From assembly GCA_963827755.1 (NCBI GenBank), contig CAWHCQ010000003.1:1-25774 (forward strand): 25,774 nucleotides of DNA, in the 5' to 3' direction. A model generated the notes under the pieces. It had not been told where the DNA came from. It searched no databases and saw only the letters and a program-made list of their open reading frames with translations. The translations under genes and the position numbers were made by a program. The first letter of the stretch is position 1, and each line of letters opens with the position of its first letter. Positions 1 to 9,470 of the stretch are shown here, piece by piece. The stretch comes from an uncultured Gammaproteobacteria bacterium. Lineage in GTDB: Bacteria; Pseudomonadota; Gammaproteobacteria; UBA9214.

Positions 1-2
1 GA

Positions 3-167
3 AAACAACGAGTCCTCATTGGCTTGATACCGGTCTACTTCGCCATAACCCCGCCGGAGATGGTCGTAGTGACAGCGGATGCGGACCTGACGAGAGAAAA
101 GCTTGCTGCTTTCCCGGAAGATACTGGTACGCTCTATATCCATTGGGCCGGGTTTGATCGGCTGTAG
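3..167 (+). CDS. 3' end of a hypothetical protein entering from the left edge
   Basis: Frame 3 is open from the edge (KQRVLIGLIPVYFAITPPEMVVVTADADLTREKLAAFPEDTGTLYIHWAGFDRL) to TAG 165-167. Protein-like composition only; no family recognised. Confidence 0.35.
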   Translation, partial: KQRVLIGLIPVYFAITPPEMVVVTADADLTREKLAAFPEDTGTLYIHWAGFDRL

Positions 168-371
168 GGGTTTCATCCAGGGGTTTCGGGTCCAGTTCCG
201 GGTGATCCTTGCTTGCGCCACCGTTTTGATTCATTTCCCGCAAACAGGGCGGATTGTTGTTGGTGAGGTGAAATATGAGCGATGAGTCGAGTTCCGTGGT
301 CTCCCGTCTGGTCGGCCGGGTGTTTCCACGCATGCCGGTGAGGTGCTGCATGACATCGTAGTCAAGATTCC

Positions 372-617
372 ATAACCACACAATTAATAGATGACGCAGC
401 GCCGCTACGTTATCGGGTCGCGGCGCGCGACGTACTGGAATCCGATTCCGACATCATGCTGGATCAAACAAGAACCATTGATAACCGCCGCATTACCAGT
501 GACATGCTGACCATCCTCACAAAAAAGAAACTCAGCGAGGCCGAAGCGTATTGGCGTGTTGTTTTAGGTCTGGACCAAGCTGTAACACCCTCCACTTCCC
601 GAGTACCCACAGGGTGA
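372..617 (+). pseudogene. 5'-truncated MazF/PemK-family toxin remnant
   Basis: Manual translation ITTQLIDDAAPLRYRVAARDVLESDSDIMLDQTRTIDNRRI resembles the C-terminal half of PemK/MazF (TT...DS...DQ.R.ID..R). In-frame TGA at 351; no N-terminal half and no antitoxin. Confidence 0.65.
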
Positions 618-665
618 ATCATTCTCCCGCAAAAGTCCCGCACTGATTTAATTGGAACAAAACAT

Positions 666-687
666 GGCTACGGCAGATGCCGTAACC
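666..687 (-). terminator. Terminator-like hairpin downstream of the tRNA fragment
   Basis: GGCTACGGCA-GA-TGCCGTAACC stem, followed on the - strand by ATGTTTTGTT. Confidence 0.4.
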
Positions 688-708
688 GCTTAACTTAATC
701 TCGAAATA

Positions 709-727
709 TGGCGCGCCCGGAGAGATT
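709..727 (-). other. tRNA-Arg 3'-end fragment (putative att core of an integrative element)
   Basis: Reverse complement AATCTCTCCGGGCGCGCCA = end of T-loop, T-stem, acceptor strand CGGGCGC, discriminator G and CCA, as in Arg tRNAs beginning GCGCCCG. The rest of the tRNA is absent. Confidence 0.65.
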
Positions 728-853
728 ACTCGGGGCTACGCCCCTCGCCCCTTCGGAGCCGCCGCCTGAATAACAATCCGCCATGTACGGGACGGTCGGC
801 GCGGCCGTCACGGGGGCCGCGCATGGGCAAGGCACCCGCCTTATGGTGCGCCC

Positions 854-887
854 ATTCAGCCTGTATTCAGCGAACATTGCCTATCCT
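854..887 (+). promoter_or_regulatory. PhoP/OmpR-type direct-repeat box plus -10 element
   Basis: ATTCAG(854-859)-N5-ATTCAG(865-870), 11 nt, then TATCCT(882-887). Resembles the Pseudomonas PhoP box GTTCAG-N5-GTTCAG. Confidence 0.7.
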
Positions 888-917
888 GTGCGTGGGTCCC
901 GAAAAAGGAGACAGACA

Positions 918-1445
918 ATGAAACGTACCATGATGGCATTCACCCTCGCGGCTTCGGCACTGGCCTGTTCCGGGGCGGCCGTATCCGGGCAGGACTTCGT
1001 TGACCAGGCCAGGGTCATCGAGGCAGACCCGCTGTATGAAACCATCCAGGTGGCACGCCCGGTCACGGAATGCTGGACGGAAAGGGTCACCCGCCACGAC
1101 CAGCGTCGCGGCGCCTATATCGCACCGATTGCCGGTGGTATTCTCGGTGGCGTGGTCGGCCACCAGTTCGGCAAGGGGCGCGGGAAAACCGCCCTGACCG
1201 TCGCCGGTACACTGCTTGGCGCCTCGCTCGGACGCGGGTACAGCACGGCGCAGCACCGGCCCCGGCCCCGGGTCGAAAACGTGCAACAGTGCAAGACCGT
1301 TGATCGCTATGAACGTGCGCAGCATCTCGTGGGCTATCGTGTAAAATACAGCTATGAGGGACAAACCCACTACACGCAGACGACCGAACACCCGGGCAAA
1401 TTTATACCGGTGCGCGTCAGGGTATCTCCGGCCAACGGAGTATGA
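918..1445 (+). CDS. YcfJ-like glycine zipper 2TM domain protein
   Basis: SD AGGAG 906-910 before ATG 918; signal peptide; GGILGGVVGHQFGKGRGKTALTVAGTLLGASLG zipper; GYRVKYSYEG...PG C-terminus. Confidence 0.88.
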   Translation: MKRTMMAFTLAASALACSGAAVSGQDFVDQARVIEADPLYETIQVARPVTECWTERVTRHDQRRGAYIAPIAGGILGGVVGHQFGKGRGKTALTVAGTLLGASLGRGYSTAQHRPRPRVENVQQCKTVDRYERAQHLVGYRVKYSYEGQTHYTQTTEHPGKFIPVRVRVSPANGV

Positions 1446-1466
1446 TGCACTGCTAGCCGCGCACCC

Positions 1467-1775
1467 ATGACGAACGGACGACTGATTACCGCCGCGTTGA
1501 TCCTGTTACTGGCCGCTGGCCCGGCACTCGCCGCTCCGTTTCATCACCCCCACCTGCTGATCGCGCAACGCGGTCACGCCGGCAACGGCGGGATCAGCCT
1601 GAACGAGGCGGTCACGCAGGCACGGCAGCAAAACAAGGGCAAGGTCCTGTCCGCGGAAACCATCCGCATCGATGGCCGCACTGTCCACCACATCAAGATC
1701 CTGACGCAGGACGGGCGGGTCAAGCGCAGCCGGATCGACGCCCGCACCGGGAACAACCGGTCACGCGGACATTGA
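1467..1775 (+). CDS. PepSY domain-containing exported protein
   Basis: Signal peptide (ALA) then ISLNEAV..AR....GKVLSAE...HHIKILT.DGRV...IDARTG; this type of gene commonly sits before phoP-like pairs. Confidence 0.8.
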   Translation: MTNGRLITAALILLLAAGPALAAPFHHPHLLIAQRGHAGNGGISLNEAVTQARQQNKGKVLSAETIRIDGRTVHHIKILTQDGRVKRSRIDARTGNNRSRGH

Positions 1776-1778
1776 GCC

Positions 1779-2462
1779 ATGCACATCCTGGTGGTCGAGG
1801 ACGAAACCCGCCTGCGAGAACAACTCAGTGAGCGCCTGCGCAGCCATGGCTATGTCGTCGACGAGGCGGCCGATGGCGAGGAAGGCTTCTACTACGGCGC
1901 GGAATTCCCGCTCGACATGGCGATTATCGATATCGGGCTGCCAAAGTTTTCCGGTATCGAGCTGATCCGCCGCCTGCGCGCCCGCGACAGGCATTTCCCT
2001 ATCCTGATACTGACGGCCAGGGGCAACTGGCAGGACAAGGTGGAAGGCCTGGAAACCGGCGCCGACGATTACCTGGTCAAGCCGTTTCGCTTCGAAGAAC
2101 TCGAGGCGCGCCTGAATGCCCTGCTGCGCCGCGCAACCGGCTGGTCGAAACCGGTACTGCAGTGCGGGCCGATTTCGCTGGATACCGTGAAACAGAGCAT
2201 CACGGTCTCGGACAATCCCGTGGAACTGACCGCCTTCGAGTACAAGGTGCTGGAGTACCTGATGCTGCATGCCGGTGAAGTCATTTCCAAGACCGAACTG
2301 ACGGACAACCTTTACGAGCAGGACTACGACCGGGACAGCAACGTACTGGAAGTGTTCATCGGACGCCTGCGGCGCAAGCTGGACCCGGACAACACCATCA
2401 GCCCCATAGAAACACTGCGTGGCCGCGGCTATCGATTTCGGCCGGGATCGAACAGCGGCTGA
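1779..2462 (+). CDS. phoP: OmpR-family response regulator, PhoP-like
   Basis: ILVVEDE, D phosphoacceptor (IIDIGLP), LTARGNWQDKVEGLETGADDYLVKPF, wHTH DRDSNVLEVFIGRLRRKLDP...TLRGRGYRF. Confidence 0.88.
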   Translation: MHILVVEDETRLREQLSERLRSHGYVVDEAADGEEGFYYGAEFPLDMAIIDIGLPKFSGIELIRRLRARDRHFPILILTARGNWQDKVEGLETGADDYLVKPFRFEELEARLNALLRRATGWSKPVLQCGPISLDTVKQSITVSDNPVELTAFEYKVLEYLMLHAGEVISKTELTDNLYEQDYDRDSNVLEVFIGRLRRKLDPDNTISPIETLRGRGYRFRPGSNSG

Positions 2463-3862
2463 TGCATTCGCTGCACAGTCGACTGCTGCTGGTTGCATCC
2501 CTGGTGCTTGCCGGCTTCCTTGGCGCAACCGGCCTGGTGCTCGACAAGGCGTTTCGCGTCAGCGCCGAGGCCGCCATGCAGGACCGCCTGCAGTCTCACA
2601 TCTATGCCCTGCTTGCGGCCGCGGATGACGATGAAAAAGGTCGAATGATCCCGGCACAGGAACTGCCGGAGCCGCGCTTTTCAAAACCGGACTCGGGTCT
2701 CTATGCCGTCATTACCGGCCACGACGGTCAACCGCTGTGGCAGTCCGCTTCACTGACCGGCCGGGACCTCGGTGCAACCCGGCAGCAGCTGCCCGGCGAG
2801 CGCCGCTTCAGCCGGGTTTCCCGTTCCGGCCTGCAGCTGTATACCCTCGCGTTCGGCGTGGCCTGGGGCGACTATGCCGGCAAGGAGTCGCTGTACACGT
2901 TCACCGTGGCGGAAGACACCACGGTATTCCAGGCGGAGATCGACAGCTTCCGCTCCACCTTGTGGCGCTGGCTCGGCGGCATGGCCGTGGCGCTGCTGCT
3001 CGCGCAGGGCTATATCCTGCGCTGGGGCCTGCGGCCACTGCGCAGCGTCACCGCCGACCTGCAGCAGATCGAGAAGGGCCGCACGGACCGCCTCGACGGA
3101 CACTACCCCAGGGAACTCACCGGCCTGACCTCCAGCCTGAATTCCCTCATCGAGCAGAGCAAGGCGGTACAGGTCCGTTACCGCAACAGCCTCGATGATC
3201 TCGCCCACAGCCTGAAAACACCCCTGGCGATCCTGCAGTCCACGGAAGCGGATTGCAGCGACGACCCCGAGGCACATCACGCGCTGGTCCGGGAACAGGT
3301 GGAACGCATGGATGACATCATCAGCCATCAATTGCAGCGCGCCGCCGTGTCCGGCCGGACCACGCTCGCCAAACCGGTGCCGGTCGGCCAGGTCGTGGAA
3401 CGGCTGGTGCGCTCCCTCGACAAGGTGTACCGGGAAAAACAGGTGACGGTTGACCTGGAACTGGACCCGTCAGCCACGTTCACGGGGGACGAGGCCGACC
3501 TGACCGAGATCCTGGGCAACCTGCTGGAGAATGCCTACAAGTACTGCACGCGTGCAATCCGTATAACCGTGCGCGCGAACCAGCACGCCGACGGCATCGA
3601 GATCGGCATCGAGGATGACGGACCGGGCATTGCAGCGGAACAGGTCGACACCCTGCTGCAGCGCGGCAAACGCATGGACGAGTCGGTTCCCGGCCAGGGC
3701 ATCGGCCTGAGCATGGCCAGCGAGATCATTCGCGTGTACGACGGGCAACTGGTCTTTGCCGCCAGCCCCCTGGGCGGCACCCTGCTGCGGGTCAGCTTCC
3801 GCGATCAACCATCCGCCGGTGCGGGGAACCGGGAGCGGTCTCCAGGCAAGCGGCAGGCATGA
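2462..3862 (+). CDS. phoQ: Sensor histidine kinase, PhoQ-like
   Basis: Two TM segments, HAMP, H-box DLAHSLKTPL, N-box GNLLENAYKY, DDGPG, GQGIGL; start overlaps the regulator stop. Confidence 0.87.
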   Translation: MHSLHSRLLLVASLVLAGFLGATGLVLDKAFRVSAEAAMQDRLQSHIYALLAAADDDEKGRMIPAQELPEPRFSKPDSGLYAVITGHDGQPLWQSASLTGRDLGATRQQLPGERRFSRVSRSGLQLYTLAFGVAWGDYAGKESLYTFTVAEDTTVFQAEIDSFRSTLWRWLGGMAVALLLAQGYILRWGLRPLRSVTADLQQIEKGRTDRLDGHYPRELTGLTSSLNSLIEQSKAVQVRYRNSLDDLAHSLKTPLAILQSTEADCSDDPEAHHALVREQVERMDDIISHQLQRAAVSGRTTLAKPVPVGQVVERLVRSLDKVYREKQVTVDLELDPSATFTGDEADLTEILGNLLENAYKYCTRAIRITVRANQHADGIEIGIEDDGPGIAAEQVDTLLQRGKRMDESVPGQGIGLSMASEIIRVYDGQLVFAASPLGGTLLRVSFRDQPSAGAGNRERSPGKRQA

Positions 3863-3896
3863 CGGTAAACTGCGCACGCAATGGTCCGTGAACCGG

Positions 3897-4295
3897 TCAG
3901 CGCAGGGGTGACAGGCTGACATTCACCGGCATGCGTTCACCGGGATCGTAGGACATCCGGGTGGTTTGTGTCTCCCCGCCATACCGGTAGGTCACCCGGT
4001 AACCGCTGATGTGTTCACGGGCGCTTTGTTCCGTGACGTTTCTGCAGCGGCGCTGCTGCTGCCACAGGCGGGCCTGGTGCCGGATATCCTCGCCGATGGT
4101 CGCCGCGATTTCGTTAAATTCCCGCGCCGATGCGTCCGGTTGTGTGCACACCCGGCGCGTGACCGGCTCATAGCGCGTTTCAATAATCGGCTCCACGTTC
4201 AACACCGGTGCAAAGGCGCGGTATTCAACGGCGTTCGCAGCGCCGCACATGAGCCAGGCGAGCAACAGGATCCGCAACTGCATTCCGGTTTTCAT
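3897..4295 (-). CDS. Exported YcfJ-like protein lacking the glycine zipper
   Basis: Signal peptide; shares V..V.P..ET...C / C..V...GYRV.Y.Y.G.T..T...PG...PV.V with 918..1445; SD GGAG. Confidence 0.75.
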   Translation of the reverse strand: MKTGMQLRILLLAWLMCGAANAVEYRAFAPVLNVEPIIETRYEPVTRRVCTQPDASAREFNEIAATIGEDIRHQARLWQQQRRCRNVTEQSAREHISGYRVTYRYGGETQTTRMSYDPGERMPVNVSLSPLR

Positions 4296-4349
4296 GTGTC
4301 TGCTCCGTTGCGCCTATCCCCGCAGGGAAAAATAATTTTCCTCTGCATG

Positions 4350-5147
4350 CTATCCGAACCCCATCTTGCCGAGCAGCTGCTCTCCCCTGCTCCGCTCCGC
4401 CTCGCTGGCATACAGCAGCACCACGTCAAACCCGCCATCGGTTCGACGAAACCAGTCCAGGCGCAACTCGCCGAACCCGGGCTGCAGCCGGTCAACAAAG
4501 GCGGCCGCGCGGTAGGGACGGGAAAAATGGATCACGAACAGGCGGTCCTGCCCCGAGTAGCGCTGCCGCGTCTTGTCACTGCCTGCCTTGTACCGCCGCC
4601 GTGCAGGACATAATCGAGATGCCGCATGATGTAGGCGCTGTACCAGATGGCACCGTCCGGCAAGCGTCCCCCGGTCACGGGAATCCGGCCAGGCCCGTAG
4701 TTATAGGCCGCCAGGGTGCGGTTCAGGTCACCGTCATAGCGCTGCTGCAGTTCCTTCAGGTAGCGCGCACCCGCATCGACATTGGTGCAGGGATCCAGCA
4801 CCTCGGACAACTGCTCCAGTCCCAGGTGTTTTGCCGTGTCGGGCCAGAGTATCTGCATCAGCCCGTAGGCATTTGCCTTTGAACGGGCCCGCGGCTTGAA
4901 ATCACTCTCGCCCCTGGCAACGGCCACCAGCAGGGTTTCCGGCAGGCCATGGGCGGTGGCCGCGCGTTTGAAACAGTGTGCGTAGGGGAAATCCAGCGCA
5001 GGCCGGGTCTCCTGCGCGGACGCTGGCATACGACTGCCAGCGCGCCGCCAGTGCCACGCTGTCGATCGACGGGTCCGTCTTCGACACGACTGTCGCGGCC
5101 CACGACAGGCCGGCACAGACGATCAGTATCAAGGCCGGTCGCAGCAT
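4350..5147 (-). CDS. Lytic transglycosylase (SLT domain) with signal peptide and SPOR-like C-terminal domain; two frameshifts (~5015, ~4575)
   Basis: SLT motifs VARGESDF, GLMQI, AAYNYGPG in ORF 4532..5116. Signal peptide is in ORF 4902..5147. C-terminal domain RLFVIHFSRPYRAAAFVDRL...FDVVLLYASEAER is in the frame of 4350..4535. Confidence 0.82.
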
Positions 5148-5149
5148 GA

Positions 5150-5826
5150 CTACTCCAGCTCGAGCCCGGTCACGTCTTCAATCTGCGCGACCATGGCCTG
5201 GCGTTCAGCGTCGTCCCGGTAACTGAAGACCACCTGGTAGTTTCCCGGCCCCGCGCTGATCACTTCCACCGGCACCGCGGTGGCCTGTGTCAGGCGCCGC
5301 GCAAATCCCTGCGCGGCCCACTCACTCCGAAAGGGCGTCCACACCAGGTAACGGGACACTTTCGCGGCCTCACCGGGGACGGCCGTTGCGTAACCGGCCA
5401 GGGACCGGTTCCATGACTGCGGATTCAACACCCGCCCGTCGTCCCCGGCATCCGGTCCCGGTTCTTCACCCGGGCCTGCAGACTCCGAAACCGGAGGCGG
5501 CATGTGCACGGCGGCGTCGACGGGCGGGACCACGGCCGGCACCGGCATGGGCCGGTTCAATGGCCGGGAATTCAAAGCCAGCGCGTCGTCCACGGCGTCC
5601 AGCCCCGTGCCTTCGGCAGGGCCTGCAGACACAGAAACCGGGGACTCCCTGCATCGACGGCATCCTCGACGGCACGCTCCTCTACCGCTTCGGGTCCGGC
5701 GGGTACATCCACGGCACGGCTGGCGGCCTTCTGCAGCGGCAGCCAGGCACTGCCGGCACCCAGGGCCAGCAGGAACACGGCCAGCATCAGCAGGCTACCC
5801 ACAACCATGCCGACGGCCCGCATCAT
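5150..5826 (-). CDS. Membrane-anchored protein with Pro/Ala/acidic linker and SPOR-like C-terminal domain; frameshift in the G4 run at 5640-5643
   Basis: ATG 5826 overlaps the upstream stop (ATGA); TM VVGSLLMLAVFLLAL; one added base joins it to YLVWTPFRSEWAAQGFARRL...YQVVFSYRDDAER. SPOR call is by pattern only. Confidence 0.65.
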
Positions 5827-7251
5827 GGCAGCCGCCGCGCCGTCCACACGGCATGCTCACGGTTCGCCACGATCAAGCGGTCCAGCCGGTCCAGCCACGG
5901 GTCCCGGCCGGCAGCGGCTGCGTGCAGGCCATCCTCGTTGCCGCAGGCATCGGGCACGTCCTGCAGCAGTTGCCTGAACTGCCGCGCCGGCCCGGCACCG
6001 CTGACGGCAATGGCATACACCGTCGGCCAGTCGGACGACGTGAAACGCGCCTCGGGAAACCGGTAGGCATGCCGGCCCGGGCGCGCCTGCGCCGGTGCTT
6101 GCGTACCGCAGGCGCCGGACAGCCGGCTGATGCCGTCCTCGATGCCGTGGGCAATCACGAACACCTGCTCGGCCTGCTCCACGTCCACTTCCAGTACCGG
6201 GCAGCCGGTCACGCCGTCGCGGCAGCTGTCCCGGTTGTGATCACCATTGGTACGCCGCACCAGTTCCATGCGGGTGATGGTTGGCGTCATGCCGCGGCTG
6301 TCCTGTGCCACGCGGCGCTCCCCCGGACGATTGCCGGCCGGCGGAATGCGCATCCAGGTCGCCGTATCCATGCCGGCAAGGTGCACGCCGGAGTCCCTCG
6401 GGTGCAGGACGACCCAGACCTGGTAGAGGCCCGGCTGGATCATGTGGGTCTCGCCGCGCAGCACAAAGTTCGCCTGCCGGCCGGCGTCGGTCACCTGCAC
6501 CTCGCGGTAGCGCGACAGGTTGTTCCCGACCAGGCCCAGCAGGGTGCGCAGCTGCGGCAGGCCGGAGCCGGGTGTTTCCACCTTGATTTTCAGGTCTTCC
6601 ACATCCTGCTGACGCAGCAGGCAACTCAGGTTGTTGGCCAGGTAGGTGGCGGCCAGGTCCGGCTGCCCGGAACTGAAGGGCAGGACCCGGAGCCCGCGCA
6701 GCGATTCATCGGTACGCCGCACCTGCAGGGCGCGTAATTCACTGCCGGTCAGATTCCCCGACCAGTGCTGACGCGAAACCGCTGACCCATTCACCCGCCT
6801 TGACATCCAGGGCGCGCACCGCCACCCGAAACCGGCCGGTGGCCGTGCGCGATATTTCGATGCCGATATAGTAACTGGCGTCATGGATCCGGCCGCACTG
6901 CACCTGGTCCAGGCGGCGATGATGCTGCGCCTGCTGTTGCCGGGGTTGCCAGGGAACGACGACACCGGGTGTTTTCAGCAGGCTGTCCATGAGCTGGTCA
7001 CGGAGGCCGCGCGTCAGGCCGTCGATGTCCGGCTGTATGTCGTCACCGTCGAGGCGCACGACGATCACCGGCTCGCCCCTGAAGCGCGGATGCTGACCAA
7101 ACTGCTGCACCACGTAGGGTGCAAGCTCGCTGTCCACCCAGTCCTGCAGTGCGGACGGGGTGCCGTGGTCGGGACGCAACGGCTGCTGGCTGCAGCCGCT
7201 AGCCAGCAGCAGGGCCAGTATTGCAAACAAGCTGTGGCGCCCGGTTATCAT
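5823..7251 (-). CDS. Large multidomain lipoprotein (possible FlgO/LpoB/CsgG-like alpha/beta domains); frameshift ~6773
   Basis: SD GGAGG; lipobox LASGC; ORFs 6739..7251 and 5823..6965 join at EWVSGF|QHWSG with a 1-nt change. Fold call is inference. Confidence 0.7.
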
Positions 7252-7255
7252 GCCG

Positions 7256-8222
7256 TCATTCCTCCAGTGTCACCTGGCCGTCAGCGCGGATCACCAGCAC
7301 ACCACCCTGCTGCCCGCGTTCCTGCTGCTCCTGCAACAGCGCACTGATGCCGGCCTTTGCGGCCGCCGGCAATTGCACCCCCCACACAACACCCGAGCGC
7401 CCGGGGCCGTCCGCCCGCGCCTGCAGGCTGTGAAGGTAGTGTGCCGGGACGGTCGCCGCCGACATCTCGTGAAACCATTCCGGGAACGTGATCGGCGTAG
7501 CCGTGGACCGGCCCGCCTGCATCGACAGGCGCCATGCCTGCTGATCGAGCATGCCGTAGAGGATGACGCTGCCCGCCGCGACCAGGCGGTCGAGGGCGGC
7601 GTCCGATGCAAACCGCAGGGTAAATCCGCGTTTTTCGGGCACCGGCCTGGCCACGGGTTCCGGGGGCGGTTGTTTCACGGCCACGGGCGCTGGCTGGCGG
7701 CCGGCGCCTGAGCGCCGCGATGTCCTTGCGTGCCCGGTCCAGCTGCACCTGTGCATCGAGATGCCGCCCGCGCAGTTCGGCGAGGGTGTGTTCTTCCTGC
7801 ATCGAGTCCTGCTCGATGTCTGCCAGCGCCCGGCGTCCCTGCTCCAGCTGCCGGTCAAGGTCTTCCAGTTGCAATGCGAGCCGGTCGCGCTGCCGGCGCG
7901 CCTGCTGCGTCTGCCCGGCGAGCTGCGCAAGGTCCTGCTGCGTGCTGTCCTTTTCCGATTTCAGCGCGTGCAACTCGGCCAGCAGCTCGCGCAGCTGTTG
8001 CTGCTGCGTCCTGATGTCCTCGCGTATCTTCGCGGCCTGCAGCGCCTGCGCCGGTTTCCCGGACTCCTGCACCGGGATACCCTGCACCAGCGCAAAGATC
8101 GCCATCAGGCACAGGCCGATAATCGACATAAAGCGCATGACATCCGTTTGCAGGGCATCGGTATCACTCCCGGCCGCAGCGGAGGCCGGTAAAAACCGCG
8201 CATATCGACGGCGCCGGATCAT
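7256..8222 (-). CDS. MotB/ExbD/TolR-like single-TM protein with long coiled coil and unknown C-terminal domain; frameshift ~7705
   Basis: Basic N-terminus MIRRRR; Asp-containing TM QTDVMRFMSIIGLCLMAIFALV; Q/L/E-rich heptads; Pro linker; C-terminal domain GFTLRFASDAAL... in the frame of 7256..7930. Confidence 0.62.
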
Positions 8223-8882
8223 CGTCCTTCCTGCAATGCATAGCGTGGTGCGGGTGCGTGCGCCGCCGTCGAGGGACTCGCGGATCTCGCCGAGCAGGGC
8301 TTCAACCCGGTTGGCATGGTGCTGCTCGTGCTCCTCGTAGTAGCGGCTCAGCCGGGTACCCAGCAGCGAGCTCTTGGTCACCCGCATCATGTAACCGCCG
8401 ATCCCGCCCACGATGGTGGTCGTCAGCGCGGTCAGGATGCCGCCATCCACGAGACGCTGCAGCACGGCATAGGCACCGGCTTGTGCGGCCACATCCGGAT
8501 CGCCGAGGGCAAACAGCAGCGCACTGCGCATGCCGATCGCGGTCCAGATGACGCCGATGCCGAAGAACAGGCTGGTCCACACATCGTTCAGATGCTCAAG
8601 CTGGCTGATCTCGTCCGGCGAACGGTTGTCGTCGAGCCAGTGCTGCAACATGCGCAGGCTGCGGATATACAGGCCCAGGGTGATCGCGAAAGGCAGTACC
8701 GACAAGCCGAGGTTGCGGCGGCTCCACTCGAACACCAGCTGGACGCGGGGCACCTCGAGCACGGAGACCGAAATAATCCCGAGGACCGTCAGCAGGTACA
8801 CCGCCACCAGCCCGGCCATGAAACTGAGCGTCATGCCCAGCAACACGCCGTTGAAAAAGCCGCGGTCCTTCTGCCGTTGCAT
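8219..8882 (-). CDS. MotA/TolQ/ExbB-like ion-channel subunit; probable frameshift ~8255 creates an apparent fusion to the next gene
   Basis: About 4 TMs; FFGIGVIWTAIGM and GGILTALTTTIVGG resemble family motifs G..GT..G and GI..AL.TT..G. The alternative frame ends in TGA 8219-8221 overlapping ATG 8222. Confidence 0.7.
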
Positions 8883-8888
8883 CGTCGC

Positions 8889-9446
8889 CTACTCGACCGG
8901 CCCGCAGGCCTCGCAGGTGGCCTGCAGCACCAGTTCAGCCTCCTGGTAGAGGTTGCTGGCACGCGTATAGTTGAGCCGGTCCGAGCTGATCTTGAGCAGG
9001 CCCTGTTCCTTGTCGGCCAGTTCCCGGTTCATCTCACGCATGACCTCGGACTGGTGCGGGCAGGTTTGCGCGCAGACGCTGTAATCGCTGACCAGGGACA
9101 CGTACTTGACGCCGAAATAACGGTTGTAGGTTTCCCGCGCCTGGCGCTTGCTCAACAGCCCGGCATCATTGGCCCACAGCAGGAAGTCGCTGAAGACGGC
9201 CTTGTTCTCCTTTTTCGGGTCACCCTCCGCGATCGCAAGCAAGCGCTGGAAGTAGGCATCGAACTGGCGTTCGCAGCCGGTTTCCAGGTCGAAGCGGGCC
9301 GCGCTGATTGCCTGTTCCAGGTTCGGCCCCTCCGGCAGGTTGCAGCTGACCGCCTTGGTGGGATTGCTGTTGCAGGCCGACAGTGACAGGGTGATGGCCG
9401 CCACGGTAACGATGCCGGCCAGTTTGATTTTCATGGATGCGTTCAT
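8889..9446 (-). CDS. Helical lipoprotein, unknown function
   Basis: Lipobox LSAC; six further Cys including two CxxC (CAQTC-like, CEAC). Confidence 0.8.
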   Translation of the reverse strand: MNASMKIKLAGIVTVAAITLSLSACNSNPTKAVSCNLPEGPNLEQAISAARFDLETGCERQFDAYFQRLLAIAEGDPKKENKAVFSDFLLWANDAGLLSKRQARETYNRYFGVKYVSLVSDYSVCAQTCPHQSEVMREMNRELADKEQGLLKISSDRLNYTRASNLYQEAELVLQATCEACGPVE

Positions 9447-9470
9447 GGTGGTTCTCCGGTTCGGTTACGG

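Noticed and set aside
709-790. Intact tRNA gene
   Set aside because: Only 19 nt match; there is no D-arm, anticodon arm or 5' acceptor strand.
790-821. Alternative GC-rich hairpins as a riboswitch
   Set aside because: They lie upstream of the predicted promoter, show no recognisable aptamer, and are expected by chance at this GC level.
783-917. N-terminal extensions in the ORF track (starts 783, 10640, 12440, 21171, 24280)
   Set aside because: Downstream starts have SD sequences or signal peptides, and the extensions overlap promoters, repeats or remnants.
7256-8882. Zorya, flagellar stator or Tol-Pal assignment
   Set aside because: No long ZorA tail, no OmpA-like domain, and no zorC/D/E, flagellar, tolA/tolB/pal or TonB-receptor genes nearby.
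7281-8882. 533-aa MotA-MotB fusion protein as given in the ORF track
   Set aside because: An alternative frame gives a stop overlapping ATG 8222 with an SD, and the ORF tail after ~7705 is out of frame. A true fusion is not excluded without reads.
5287-9386. Long + strand ORFs (5287..6066, 5502..6737, 8316..9386) and similar ones at 11103, 14629 and 17174
   Set aside because: Antisense shadows of real genes in GC-rich DNA; no motifs or SD.
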